Of a DNA stretch of 46,788 bases, positions 35,893 through 46,425 are shown piece after piece. Below the pieces are notes generated by a model. That model was not told where the DNA came from and ran no database searches. It saw only the letters and a program-made list of their open reading frames with translations. The stretch spans positions 1 through 46,788 of the forward strand of contig JBFMGU010000058.1 in NCBI GenBank assembly GCA_040752415.1. Direction: 5' to 3'. Numbering within the stretch: position 1 is the stretch's first letter; every line of letters begins with the position of its first letter. The position numbers and the translations under genes were made by a program. Origin of the DNA: Myxococcota bacterium (GTDB lineage Bacteria > Myxococcota > JACRCW01).

Positions 35893-38800
35893 ATGACAAC
35901 CTTGAAGCGACGCGGAGGTGAAGACCTGGCGCGCGTGCTCCGCTGGCTGCTGGCCGCGGTTGGCGCGATGGCACTCCTGTTGCCCGCGCCGGCCCACGCC
36001 AACGACGTCGACGTCATCCGCACGCGCATCGAGGCGCACCTCACCGCGGCGGGCGCGCCAGTGGACCATCCCATCGTCGCCGAGACGCTGGCGGAGCTGC
36101 AGGCCGACACGCAGACGGTGCTCTCGGGAATGACCAGCACCGGTACCTTCGTGGACCTGAACTACAATGACCGGCCCGACGCCGACTGGGACCTGCGCAT
36201 ACACTTTGGGCGCATCCTGACCCTGGCCCAGGCGTACCGCACCGCGGGGCAGGCCTTCCACAACGACCCGACCCTGCCGCAGCGCATCCACGACGGACTG
36301 GCGTGGGGACTGCAGTTCTACTGCGTGGACTGCTCCGACTCCGGGAACTGGTGGTACTACGAGATTGGCGTCCCGCTCTTCGCCATCCAACCCACGCTGA
36401 CGCTCATGGGCAGCGCGCTCGACGGGGAACTGCGCGAGCAGCTCCTGGAGGCGGTCTGGCGTCACATTGGTCCCGAGCCGCGGCGCTCCGCGCAGAACCT
36501 GGTGTGGTCGGGGCTCACGCACTTCCACCACGGCGTCCTCACGGGCAACGCGGCGCTGATGGAGGTTGGCCGTGACGCGCTGGCCTCCGTGATCACCACA
36601 ACGACGGAAGACGGCATCCAGCCGGACTACTCGTTCCACCAGCACGGCCCGGTGCTCTACACCGGCGGCTACGGCGCGGACCTGGGCATGCAGGTGGCCC
36701 GGTTCCTCTACCTGACCGACGGCACGGCCTACGCGTTGCCGGCGGAGCGGGTGGAGGTGCTGGCGCACTACGTGGCGGAGGGCATCCGCTGGGCGCTGTT
36801 CCACAACCACTTCGACGCGTCGGTGCTGGGCCGCGAGCTCTCACGGGAGGGCCGGCATGGGAAGCCCGGCCTGCTCGCGTTGCTGTACCTGGCCGCCACC
36901 ACGTCGTCACGGCAGGTGAGCATGGGCGAGGCGGCGCGGAAGATGCTGGAGACCTGGAACCGGCCGCTCCCCGTGGAGGCCGCGCCGCTGACCAGCCTGG
37001 TGCAGCAGCAGCCCGGCGTGGCGCGGTGGCCCCAGGGCCTCCAGGTCTATCCCTATTCGGACTTCGTGGTGTTTCGCCGACCCGGATTCTATGCGTCCAT
37101 CAAGATGCTCTCCTCCCGCACGCTCTCCGGCGAGATCATCAACGAGGAGGGCAAGCTGGGCTCCCGTCTCTCCGACGGAATGATGTACCTGGTGCGCCAC
37201 GGCGACGAGTACTTCCGGGACGAGGTCTGGCCCGCCATGGACTGGTCCCAGCTCCCGGGCATCACGGTGGAGCGACGCGAGAGTGCCGCGAATGACAACT
37301 ATGGGCCGGGCCTGCGCGACTTCGTGGGCGGAACCGGGGACGGGTTCAACGGCGTGGCCGCCATGGACTTCGCCGCGGTGGACTACCCGCTCCGCGCGCG
37401 CAAGAGCTGGTTCTTCTTTGATGACGCCGTCTATTTCCTGGTGGCGGATGTGGCGGACACCACCGGCTATCCCGTCGACACCATCGTGGACCAACGCCGC
37501 CACAGCTCGTTGTTTGCTCCCATCATGGTCAGCGACCTGCCGGCGCCCATCAACGTCGACGACACCGTGTCCCTTCCCGGGGTCACCTGGCTGGCCTCGG
37601 AGCGCATGGGCTACCACTTTCCCGGCGGCGTGACGGTCGACCTGGATCGTCGGGAGCGGCTGGGGCGCTGGTCCTATCTCGGCGCGGATGAATCCAAGGC
37701 GCTGTACCACGTCATCTTCACCCTCTCCATTCCCCACGGCGTGAAGCCCAAGCGGGGCGGTGTGGCCTATGGGGTGGTGCCGGGCGTGACGGGCGCGGAA
37801 ATGGCGAGCTGGGCGGCCAGCAATCCCATCCACGTGCTGCGCAACGACGGGACGGGCGCCGCGGTCAGGGACACCCGCAGCAACAAGCTGGGCCTGGTCT
37901 TCTGGGAGGCGGGTGAGCTGGAGGGCATCCGCGCCGACAAGCCCTGCGTGGCCTATGTGGTCGACGACGGTGAGCACCTGGCGGTGGCCGTGGCGGATCC
38001 CGCGCAGGGCAGCGGCGTGGTCACGCTGGTCCTCCCGCCGGGGCTGCAGCCGGAGCTCCTCGACGACGGGGTGACCGCGACTCCGCAGGACGGCGGCACC
38101 GCGCTGCAGTTCCCGCGCGCCAACGGACTGACGCACCAGGCGCGTCTTTCCCGCGGTGGCGCCGATGCCACGCATTTCTCGTCGGAGGCGGGGCCCAACC
38201 GGCGCGAGAGCTTCACGGTGACGGAGCCGCAACGCTGGCCCGTGGTCCTGGATCACGGCGACGCGCGGCTGGCGCTGGATGCGCGCGGCCTGACCGGGGG
38301 CGGGGCGGTGGCGACGTTGAAGGGCGTGGCGCTGGAGCGGCCGCACGTGGTGTTCCGCGCCCGGAGCGCGTTGGCCACGTTGGACGCCGACATCCTGGTG
38401 ACGCTGGGCGGGGCCGATGCGTCCGCGTCCCACGTGGTGCGCTTCGCCGCCAGCTCCGCCGGGGCCGGTTTGTTCCGCGTGGGCCACGGTCAGCGGACAC
38501 GGGTGTCCTCCATGCCGGCGTCCGTCGACACGGAGTACCGCACCTACGAGGTGGAGGTGGACGACGGCATGCTGCGGGCCCGGGTGGACGGCGTGGAGCT
38601 GCTGGCGGCGCCGGTGCCCGCGTCGGGGCCCAGCACCGTCGGGATTGGCAGCGACGATGACAGCATCTTCATCGACGACGTGCGGGTGCGCGGGTGTGGG
38701 GATGGGCGCCTGGACGACGACGAGCCGTGCGACGGCACCGACCTGCGCGGTCAGGGCTGCCTCGACCTGGGATTGCCGCCGGGTGTCCTCCGCTGCTCGG

Positions 38801-39237
38801 CGAGCTGCACGCTCTTGACGGATGCCTGCGTCGACGAGGGCGGATGGGATGCCGGGACCCGCCCCGACGGAAATGAACCCCCCGACCGTGACGCGGGGGC
38901 GCCACGGGATGCGGCCCCGCCCGATTCCTCCCGTGAGGACGCGGCCGACGCCGGGGATGAGCCGGATGCCGGCGGGACCACGGGCGCGGACGCCCACACC
39001 CCGGATGCGGCGGAATCCTCCGACGCCAGCGGGACGCCCATCCTGGGACGGAAACATGACGACGCGGAGCGGCCGCAACGGGAGCGCAGCGACGTTGTGT
39101 CCGGCGACGGCGGGGAGACCGACGGGCCGCCTCCCGTGGGAAAGCGGGCGCCCGTGTCGTGCCAGGACGCGGGCACGCTCCTGGGTGGCGCCGTGGTGGT
39201 GGGGGGGTTGCGGCGACGTCGTCGTGACCGTGGGTGA
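35893..39237 (+). CDS. Polysaccharide lyase family 8 (hyaluronate/chondroitin/xanthan lyase-like), surface-anchored
   Basis: Signal peptide (PAPAHA); NWWYYEIG, AQNL, DGIQPDYSFHQHG..YTGGYG, LPGIT, ARKSWFFFDD; C-terminal Cys-rich CGDG..EPCDG unit, DAG linker and C..hydrophobic..RRRRR tail. Start uncertain. Confidence 0.85.
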   Translation: MTTLKRRGGEDLARVLRWLLAAVGAMALLLPAPAHANDVDVIRTRIEAHLTAAGAPVDHPIVAETLAELQADTQTVLSGMTSTGTFVDLNYNDRPDADWDLRIHFGRILTLAQAYRTAGQAFHNDPTLPQRIHDGLAWGLQFYCVDCSDSGNWWYYEIGVPLFAIQPTLTLMGSALDGELREQLLEAVWRHIGPEPRRSAQNLVWSGLTHFHHGVLTGNAALMEVGRDALASVITTTTEDGIQPDYSFHQHGPVLYTGGYGADLGMQVARFLYLTDGTAYALPAERVEVLAHYVAEGIRWALFHNHFDASVLGRELSREGRHGKPGLLALLYLAATTSSRQVSMGEAARKMLETWNRPLPVEAAPLTSLVQQQPGVARWPQGLQVYPYSDFVVFRRPGFYASIKMLSSRTLSGEIINEEGKLGSRLSDGMMYLVRHGDEYFRDEVWPAMDWSQLPGITVERRESAANDNYGPGLRDFVGGTGDGFNGVAAMDFAAVDYPLRARKSWFFFDDAVYFLVADVADTTGYPVDTIVDQRRHSSLFAPIMVSDLPAPINVDDTVSLPGVTWLASERMGYHFPGGVTVDLDRRERLGRWSYLGADESKALYHVIFTLSIPHGVKPKRGGVAYGVVPGVTGAEMASWAASNPIHVLRNDGTGAAVRDTRSNKLGLVFWEAGELEGIRADKPCVAYVVDDGEHLAVAVADPAQGSGVVTLVLPPGLQPELLDDGVTATPQDGGTALQFPRANGLTHQARLSRGGADATHFSSEAGPNRRESFTVTEPQRWPVVLDHGDARLALDARGLTGGGAVATLKGVALERPHVVFRARSALATLDADILVTLGGADASASHVVRFAASSAGAGLFRVGHGQRTRVSSMPASVDTEYRTYEVEVDDGMLRARVDGVELLAAPVPASGPSTVGIGSDDDSIFIDDVRVRGCGDGRLDDDEPCDGTDLRGQGCLDLGLPPGVLRCSASCTLLTDACVDEGGWDAGTRPDGNEPPDRDAGAPRDAAPPDSSREDAADAGDEPDAGGTTGADAHTPDAAESSDASGTPILGRKHDDAERPQRERSDVVSGDGGETDGPPPVGKRAPVSCQDAGTLLGGAVVVGGLRRRRRDRG

Positions 39238-39450
39238 AGACGGGATGTCACGGTGGCGAGCGTGGCAGGACGAAGCTGCTCTGGCGGGGCGTTCGTGATC
39301 CGGGAGCGGGTGACGTCGTCGGGCATGAGGACCTGTCCGAGCCTGATGCCTCGTTCGTGGGCGGTTAGGTGCAGAGGACTTCGTCAGGCGGGGTGATCCG
39401 CGCCGACGAGGATCCGCCTCCCATTTCGCGACGCACCCAGGGGATGTGCC

Positions 39451-40638
39451 ATGAGCATCAACCTTCTCTCGGACAAGGGCGTGCCGTTGGAGCGCCAGAC
39501 CTTCACCTGGAAGGAGCTGGTCCCGGAGCCCATCAGCAAGCTCAACGACGACGCGTTCACGCGCGCCCGGATCATCCTGATGAACGGGATCGAGTCGGAG
39601 GCGTTGCGGTTCGGCCATGCCGCGGCGCGCATGAACCGCCACCTGCAGCCCACGCTGGCCCTGGTCCGTCGGGTGGAGCAGCACCAGCAGACCCTGGTGA
39701 ACTGGCTGCTCTCCGCCGACCACTCCCCCCTGGAGACCACCATCGGCTACGAGCAGGTGGCCATCGAGGTGACGGCGCACGCGGCCCAGCGTGAACCCGA
39801 CCCCTACCTGGCGGCGGTGTTCCGTTTCGGCCTGTTGGAGGACTTTGACCACCTCTACCGCTTCGCCGCGCTGCTGGACCGCCTCGAGGGCAAGGACGCC
39901 AACAACATCCTGCAGAGCTACACGGACATCCGTCCCGGCCGACCCACCATGGTGGAGCACCGCCATCCGCTGGATGACCTGCGCGTTCCCTACGACGCGC
40001 GCAAGGCGCACCCGCTCACCAGGTTGCACGCGCTGACCGTCACCGCCGGTGAGCACCAGGCGCACGACTACTACATGACCATCGGCCCGCAGTTCGCGGA
40101 CCCGGTGGCGCGACAGCTCTACGCGGAGATTGCCTCCGTCGAGGAGCAGCACGTCACGCAGTATGAATCCCTGTGCGACCCGACGGAGACCTGGCTGGAG
40201 AAGTGGCTGCTGCACGAGGCCGCCGAGGTCTACAACTACTACTCGTGCGTGGAGTACGAGGGGAACCCGCGCATCAAGGCCATCTGGGAGCGCTTCCTGG
40301 AATATGAGCTGGGCCACCTGCAGCACGTGGCGGAGCTGTTCAAGTCCGTGGAGCGCCGCGACCCGGCGGAGGTGCTGCCCGAGAAGGTCCCGCCCCCCGT
40401 CGAGTACACCAGTCACCGCCGGTTCGTGCGGGAGGTGCTGGCCCGGGAGGTGGACCTGCGCGCGCGCGGTCACGAGCTTGTTCCCGCCAACCGCGAAGGG
40501 CCGGAGTCTCCGTCGGTGCAGTACCGCAACGTGCTCAACCGTGAAGGTTCTCCGTCGGAGATGGTGGCGGCGGGGTGGGTGTGGCGTCCCGGAACCGAGC
40601 TGTCCGGCGTGGTGCACATCCATGGGAGGATGCAATGA
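39451..40638 (+). CDS. Uncharacterised protein with two tandem ferritin-like domains
   Basis: Repeated E/ExxH motifs: GIESE, VEQHQ, YEQVA, EDFDH, GEHQAH, EEQH, HEAAE, ELGH. Confidence 0.75.
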   Translation: MSINLLSDKGVPLERQTFTWKELVPEPISKLNDDAFTRARIILMNGIESEALRFGHAAARMNRHLQPTLALVRRVEQHQQTLVNWLLSADHSPLETTIGYEQVAIEVTAHAAQREPDPYLAAVFRFGLLEDFDHLYRFAALLDRLEGKDANNILQSYTDIRPGRPTMVEHRHPLDDLRVPYDARKAHPLTRLHALTVTAGEHQAHDYYMTIGPQFADPVARQLYAEIASVEEQHVTQYESLCDPTETWLEKWLLHEAAEVYNYYSCVEYEGNPRIKAIWERFLEYELGHLQHVAELFKSVERRDPAEVLPEKVPPPVEYTSHRRFVREVLAREVDLRARGHELVPANREGPESPSVQYRNVLNREGSPSEMVAAGWVWRPGTELSGVVHIHGRMQ

Positions 40639-41360
40639 ACCACGGAGTGGAGATGGGCATGAACCGCACCGGCATGGACATGGCGCCCCAGCTCTCCGAC
40701 GAGATGCTGGAGAACGCGCAGCTCCCCACGCCGTCCGGCGACGAGGGCGCGCTGGCGCAGATGCGCACCGACTACATTGACGTGGCGGAGCCCCTGGGCA
40801 GCGTGCCCCCGCCGTTGTCATTGAAGGGCGCGGCCACCGCGGCCATGGAGATGCTCAAGGGTCACCGGCCGGAAGTGCTGCTGGACAAGCTGAGTGAGCG
40901 CCTGGCGTTCGAGCGCACCGCCGTCCGCCTCTACGACGCGCTGATCCAGAAATGCCTGGCGGTCTCCCCCCACGCGGACATCCCGCCGCTGGAGGAGCTG
41001 CGGGCCTTCCGCGACGAGGAAGCGCGGCACCTGGAGCTGGTGGCGGCGGCGGTGCGGGGACTGGGCGCTGATCCCACCACGGTGAGCCCCTGCGCGGACA
41101 CCGCGGCGGTCAGTGCCATGGGCGTGGTGCAGGTGCTCAGCGACCCACGCACCACGGTGGCGCAATGTCTCCAGGCGCTGCTCACCGCGGAGGCCGCGGA
41201 CAACGACGGCTGGCTGCTGCTCATCAAGCTGGCGGACGTGCTGGGGCTGGAGGACCTGGTGGAGCAGTTCCAGGGCGCGCTGCACCACGAGGACAAGCAC
41301 CTGGAGCACGTGCGCCTGTGGCTCTCCGAGATGGTGATCAACGAGGCCATGGTCATCTGA
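40635..41360 (+). CDS. Ferritin-like domain-containing protein
   Basis: AFERTAVRLY, DEEARH, AEAADNDGW, EDKH; ATGA overlap with the upstream gene and GGAGG RBS. Confidence 0.85.
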   Translation: MNHGVEMGMNRTGMDMAPQLSDEMLENAQLPTPSGDEGALAQMRTDYIDVAEPLGSVPPPLSLKGAATAAMEMLKGHRPEVLLDKLSERLAFERTAVRLYDALIQKCLAVSPHADIPPLEELRAFRDEEARHLELVAAAVRGLGADPTTVSPCADTAAVSAMGVVQVLSDPRTTVAQCLQALLTAEAADNDGWLLLIKLADVLGLEDLVEQFQGALHHEDKHLEHVRLWLSEMVINEAMVI

Positions 41361-41386
41361 GGGTGTGTCGGCTGGTTACCGGGAAG

Positions 41387-41462
41387 GAAGTCAGGAGTCA
41401 GAATGTAGAAGTCAGAAGGTGCGCACCCTTCGTCCACGCTGAGTCGCCTTCTGACATCTGAC
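41387..41462. repeat. Short heptamer-like repeats forming a hairpin between convergent genes (possible terminator)
   Basis: gaagtcag-gagtcag-aatgtag-aagtcagaagg paired with ccttctgacatctgac. Confidence 0.45.
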
Positions 41463-41629
41463 GGGGTGTTGGAGTAATCCGGACCGGGTGTGGTCCTCTC
41501 CCGCTCGTTGCCGCCGGCGCACCTGGAAACGCGCCGCTGCGTCCGATCACCCGCTTCGTGACCCGCCTGGCGTCGCTGTTCCGCTTAGTCTCTTCATGAC
41601 GCGTCCGCTTTCCCGGGGCGAAGCACGCG

Positions 41630-44029
41630 CTAAACGGTGGCACCCGGTGGTTGCGGCGCGGCACTCTCCGGCCGCAGGGCCCCCGGGAACGTGATGGTGA
41701 AACAGGAGCCATGCCTGCGGTCCACCGTCATGGTCCCTCCCAGCTGCCGCACCAAGGCGGACACCACCTGCAGGCCCAGCTTTCGCGCCGGCTGACGGTC
41801 CCAGTCCGCGGGCAGTCCCACGCCGTCGTCGGAGACGCGCAGCTCCAGCACGCCCGCGCCGCGCGCCAGCGAGACCTCCACGCTCCCGCCCCGGTCGCCG
41901 GGAAAGGCGTGCTTGAAGGAGTTGGACGCCAGCTCGGTGACCAGCATCGCGCAGGTGGAAGCCAGGTCGGCCGGCGCGGTGCCGGGTTCGATTCTCGCGC
42001 GGACAGTCACCCCGCGTGCCAGCACGCCGTACGCCACCGCCAGGTCCGAGAGCAGGCGGGAGAGATAGGCGCGCATGTCGATGCGGGAGACGTCCTGGGA
42101 CTGGTAGACGCGCTCATGCAACACCGCCAGCGCGTGGACGCGGTGGAGGCTCTCCCGCAGCGCGTCGCGTGCCGGCCCGCTCTCCTGTCGCGCCGCCTGG
42201 AGGTTCAGCAGGCTGGTGATCACCTGGAGGTTGTTCTTCACGCGGTGGTGGATCTCACCAATGAGCACCTCCTTGAGACGCAGCGACTCCCGCAACGCCT
42301 GCTCCACCCGCTTGCGCTCGGAGATGTCGCGGACCGCGGCGGTGATCAGCAGCCCCTCCGACGTGGAGACCGGGCTGAGCGCAATCTCCACCGGGAACTC
42401 ACGCCCGGACCCATCCAGCGCACACAGCTCCAGGCCGGCCCCCATGCGCCGCTGCGTGGGAGCGCGCAGGTAGTCGGCGCGGAGCGCGGCAAGTCGGGGG
42501 CGCAGGCGTTCCGGGAGCAATGTGTCCACGCTCCGTCCCAGCAGCTCCGCGCGTGGGCAACCAAACATGACCTCGGCGCGCGCGTTCACCAGCTGGATGG
42601 TTCCCGCCGGGTCCATGATGAGCATGGCGTCGGGCGCGGACTCCAGCAGGCCGCGGAAACGCTCCTCCGCCTCCCGGCGCGGCGTGATGTCCTGGCAGGT
42701 GCCGTGGACGCGCGCGGTGCCGTCCGCGGCGTGGGCCGCCTGACCGCGTGAGCTCAGCCAACGCACGCTCCCGTCCGCGCCGGTGACGCGGTGGTCCAGG
42801 CTGAAGGGCACGTGGTCCGTGAAGATCGCGCGCAGCGCCCGGCACACCCGTTCCCGTTCATCCCCGGGGATGCGGTCCAGCAGCTCCCCCGGCGTGCCGC
42901 GGAAGCAGGTGGCGTCCACCTCAAGCAGGCGGAGCAGCTCCGCCGAGCACGTCACCTCACCGCGCGCCGAGCTCCACTCCCACGAGCCGATGTGCGCCAG
43001 CGCCTGCGCCTCCGCGAGCTTGGCTTCACTGATGGCGTGGTTCTCCTCGGCCCGGCGTCGCTCGACGATCTCCTCCTGCAACGTCGCCACCGTCCGGGTC
43101 AGCTCCCGGGTGCGGGAGGCCACCCGGTGCTCCAGCTCGTCGCGGGCCAGGCGCAGCTCCGCCTCCATGCCGCGCCGCTGCTGGGCCACCAGGCCCAACG
43201 CCAGCCCGGTCCCGGAGAGCGTTGCCATGAAGGCCTGCAGGAACAGGACGGACTGGTTCACGGTGGGCCGCACGAACGGGCCCAGGCCCCGTGACGTCGC
43301 CCAGATGGCCAGCACCGAGAGGGCCAGCGTGATGGTGGTGGCCTCCCGGGGACCGAGTCGATAGGCGGCCCAGGTGACCGCCGGGAACACCAGGAACGCC
43401 AGCGGCGGACGTTCCAGCGGCGGTGGCACCACGTCGAGAAACACCGCCATTCCCAGCAGCAGCGTCAGGGCCAGCGCGGCCGCGGTGGAGCGCACCCCGC
43501 CGGCTCCCCAGCGCGGGCGTGGCGTGTTCCACCACAGCAGGACCGGAGGAGCGAAAACCAGCACGCCCAGCAGGTCGCCCAGCCACCACGTGAGCCACAC
43601 CGTCAGCCAGTTGGCATGCGTCGCGGTGGCCTCGGGAAGACGCGCCAGCGTGGCCACACCCACCGACGCTGCCAGGGCGCACGCCAGCAGCCCCGCCAGG
43701 CAACAGAACGCCACCATGGTGGTGGGATGCTCCAGGGCCCGTCGGCCACCCGTGTAGCGTCGCACCAACCACGCGCCCAGCACCGCCTCCAGCGTGTTCC
43801 CGGTGGCAATCAGCGACGACGAGCCCGGGCCTCCCCACGTGGTGAGATTGACCACGAACGCGCCCAGCCAGATGCCCACCGCGGCGCGCCCGCCGAGCAC
43901 CAGGCATGCTGCCAGGGCGATGCCGCTGGGAGGCCAGATGGCGGACACGCTGACGTGCACGGAAGCCAGCGCCAACCCCACCTTGCCGGAGAGGACGTAC
44001 GCCAGGAACACCAGGATCACCGCACGCAC
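41630..44029 (-). CDS. MASE1-PAS-PAS HisKA_2/HWE-type sensor histidine kinase
   Basis: IWPPSGIA..WWLGDLLG (MASE1), two PAS/PAC domains, EIHHRVKNNLQVITSLL, ELASNSFKHAF, DDGVG, LGL. Confidence 0.92.
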   Translation of the reverse strand: MRAVILVFLAYVLSGKVGLALASVHVSVSAIWPPSGIALAACLVLGGRAAVGIWLGAFVVNLTTWGGPGSSSLIATGNTLEAVLGAWLVRRYTGGRRALEHPTTMVAFCCLAGLLACALAASVGVATLARLPEATATHANWLTVWLTWWLGDLLGVLVFAPPVLLWWNTPRPRWGAGGVRSTAAALALTLLLGMAVFLDVVPPPLERPPLAFLVFPAVTWAAYRLGPREATTITLALSVLAIWATSRGLGPFVRPTVNQSVLFLQAFMATLSGTGLALGLVAQQRRGMEAELRLARDELEHRVASRTRELTRTVATLQEEIVERRRAEENHAISEAKLAEAQALAHIGSWEWSSARGEVTCSAELLRLLEVDATCFRGTPGELLDRIPGDERERVCRALRAIFTDHVPFSLDHRVTGADGSVRWLSSRGQAAHAADGTARVHGTCQDITPRREAEERFRGLLESAPDAMLIMDPAGTIQLVNARAEVMFGCPRAELLGRSVDTLLPERLRPRLAALRADYLRAPTQRRMGAGLELCALDGSGREFPVEIALSPVSTSEGLLITAAVRDISERKRVEQALRESLRLKEVLIGEIHHRVKNNLQVITSLLNLQAARQESGPARDALRESLHRVHALAVLHERVYQSQDVSRIDMRAYLSRLLSDLAVAYGVLARGVTVRARIEPGTAPADLASTCAMLVTELASNSFKHAFPGDRGGSVEVSLARGAGVLELRVSDDGVGLPADWDRQPARKLGLQVVSALVRQLGGTMTVDRRHGSCFTITFPGALRPESAAPQPPGATV

Positions 44030-44424
44030 GGCGTGCCTCCCGCCCCCAGGACTCGTTTCTAGGCCGCGCCCGCCTCCCGTTCAGGCGGCTGCGGTTTCCC
44101 CGGCTGGACCGTGTCCACGGTGAGGTCACCCGTGACGCAAGGCAGGGCGTGGCCCAACGTCGTCGTGACCTCGCGGGAGGACGTGGTGGCGTCGTGACTG
44201 TGAGATCCCACGCGGTGGCTGACGGTGGAGGTGGCCGCGCGTGCGCTCACCGCGTCCGGGTTGGGCTCCTCCATGCCCCGTCGTGTCCGCGGCGCAGCTC
44301 GACTGCTTGCGCGCGTGTGCAGCCCCCTGCTGGTGCGTATACCGAGGGGAACCCTGAGGACCATGCGTGAGCTGGGGCCGGAGCCCGCGCGCGGGCATCC
44401 GGACCACCACACGAGGAGGGGCGC

Positions 44425-46425
44425 ATGGCTGCGGCGCGGGTCCTGGTCGTCGAGGACGAACAGATCGTTGCGCTGGATCTCGCCGACCGGCTGATGCGGC
44501 TGGGCTACGAGGTGGTGGGCACTTCCGACAACGGCGCCGCGGCCATTGAGCTGGCGGGGGAGCTGTTGCCCGACGTCATCCTGATGGACATCCGCCTGCG
44601 CGGCGAGGTTGATGGCGTGGACGCGGCCACGCAGATTCGCCGGCAGCACGACGTTCCCGTGGTGTACCTCACCGCCCACGGCGACCCGGCCACCGTCGCT
44701 CGCGCCAAGGCCACCGAACCCTACGGCTACCTGCTCAAGCCGTTTGAGCAGCAGGACCTGCAGATCGCGCTGGAGATGGCGCTGGTGCGCCACGCCGCGT
44801 CCCGGCGTGTCCGCGAGAGCCAGCTCTGGCTGGAAGCCACCCTGTGCGCAATCTCCGACGGGATCATCGCCGTGGGCCCCGACGGGCGCATCCGCCTGGC
44901 GAATCCCGCGGCGGCGGAGCTGACGGGCTGGTGCCCAACCGAGGCCGTGGGGCGCCCGGTCCACGAGGTGCTGGAGATCCGGCCGGGGCAGGAGCCACCC
45001 GAGCCCGGGGGCCGACTTCCCGTGGTGGACATGGTGGTGGCACGGGATGGCCGGATGCTCCCGGTGGAGCACAACCAGAGCACCATCCACGACGACCACG
45101 GCAAGGTGATGGGCCAGGTCTTCGTGCTGCGCGACATGGCGGAGCGCGTGCGCGTGGGCCGTGCGCACCGTCTCCTGGCGGACGCCTCCGCCCAGATGGC
45201 CTCCTCCCTCGACCCTTCCACCACGCTGGCGTGCGCGGTGGCGGTGGTGGTGCCGCGCGTGGCGGAGGGATGCCTCATCCACCGTCGGGAGCCCAACGGA
45301 GACCTGGTGCTGGTGGCCGCGAGTCACGTCGTGGCGGAGCAGGCCTGCGCGCTCACCGCCCAGCTCGGCCGGGTGCTGAAGGCGGAGGAGCCACAGGGCC
45401 TGCCGGGAAGGGTGGGGGTGAGCGGAAAGCCGGAGGTGGTGCACGTGGCGCGGACCGCGGACGTCGTCACGGAGCTGCTGCCTGGAGCCGTGGGCACGCT
45501 CCTGGAGCCGGGCGCGCGGTCCCTGCTGGGCGTCCCGCTCGTCGGAAGTGGTCGGGTGTCCGGGGTGCTGACCCTGGTGTCGGAGCGGGCGGAGCCACGT
45601 CTTGACGCGCTGGACCTGGCCGTGGCCGAGGTGCTGGCCTCACGCATCTCCGTGGCCCTGGAGAATGCGCGCCTCTACGCGGAGGCCCGGCGCGCCATCC
45701 GCATGCGCGAGGAGGTCCTGGCGGTGGTCTCCCACGACCTCCGCAGCCCGCTCTCCACCGTCACCATGAACGCGGACCTCCTGCTCCGGGCCTGTTCCGG
45801 CGACCCGGCCGTGGACCCGGACCGCCTGCGCCGCCTGCGTCTCATCCTCGGCGGCGCCAGCGAGATGAGCGGCATGATCGAGGACCTGTTGGACATGGCG
45901 AGCATTGACCAGGGGCGGCCGATTTTGCAGCGCGGCGTGTGCCGTGGGCACGAGCTGCTCCTGCAGATGGCGGAGCGCTATGCGGCCGCCGCGTCTTGCC
46001 GGCGCATCCGCCTGGAGGTGGCGGACGCCGTCCCCGACGAAACCCTGGTGTTCTGCGACCGCCAGCGCGCGCTGCGGGTGCTGGCCAACCTGGTGGGCAA
46101 CGCGTTGAAGTTCACGCCGCCGGGCGGACGCGTCACCCTGGCGGTGCAACGGCGGGGACGTGATGTCCAGTTCTCCGTGGCGGACACCGGACCGGGCATT
46201 GCTCCCGACGAGCTGCCGCGCGTCTTTGACCGCTTCTGGCGCAGCGCCTCCACGCGTTCCACGGGAATGGGCCTGGGGCTCTACATCGCGCGCGGGCTGG
46301 TGGAGGCGCAGGGCGGACGGATCTGGGCGCGCAGCACCACTGGCGCCGGAAGCACCTTCCTGTTCACGCTGCCCGCGGCGGACGGAGCCCCGGCGTCAAC
46401 CACCGCCACGCCCCCGCCGGCATGA
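44425..46425 (+). CDS. Hybrid REC-PAS-GAF histidine kinase
   Basis: VLVVEDE..MDIRL..KPF (REC), PAS, GAF (ALENARLY), SHDLRSPL, NLVGNALKF, DTGPGI, GMGLGL. Confidence 0.92.
   Translation: MAAARVLVVEDEQIVALDLADRLMRLGYEVVGTSDNGAAAIELAGELLPDVILMDIRLRGEVDGVDAATQIRRQHDVPVVYLTAHGDPATVARAKATEPYGYLLKPFEQQDLQIALEMALVRHAASRRVRESQLWLEATLCAISDGIIAVGPDGRIRLANPAAAELTGWCPTEAVGRPVHEVLEIRPGQEPPEPGGRLPVVDMVVARDGRMLPVEHNQSTIHDDHGKVMGQVFVLRDMAERVRVGRAHRLLADASAQMASSLDPSTTLACAVAVVVPRVAEGCLIHRREPNGDLVLVAASHVVAEQACALTAQLGRVLKAEEPQGLPGRVGVSGKPEVVHVARTADVVTELLPGAVGTLLEPGARSLLGVPLVGSGRVSGVLTLVSERAEPRLDALDLAVAEVLASRISVALENARLYAEARRAIRMREEVLAVVSHDLRSPLSTVTMNADLLLRACSGDPAVDPDRLRRLRLILGGASEMSGMIEDLLDMASIDQGRPILQRGVCRGHELLLQMAERYAAAASCRRIRLEVADAVPDETLVFCDRQRALRVLANLVGNALKFTPPGGRVTLAVQRRGRDVQFSVADTGPGIAPDELPRVFDRFWRSASTRSTGMGLGLYIARGLVEAQGGRIWARSTTGAGSTFLFTLPAADGAPASTTATPPPA

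Noticed and set aside
36907..40821. 1304-aa minus-strand ORF, and similar long ORFs 242-1984, 5093-7399, 14295-16868 and 18026-19654
   Set aside because: Antisense shadows of well-supported genes, typical of high-GC DNA; no motifs of their own.
39451..41360. Encapsulin cargo proteins
   Set aside because: No LTVGSL-type targeting peptide and no encapsulin shell gene in the window.
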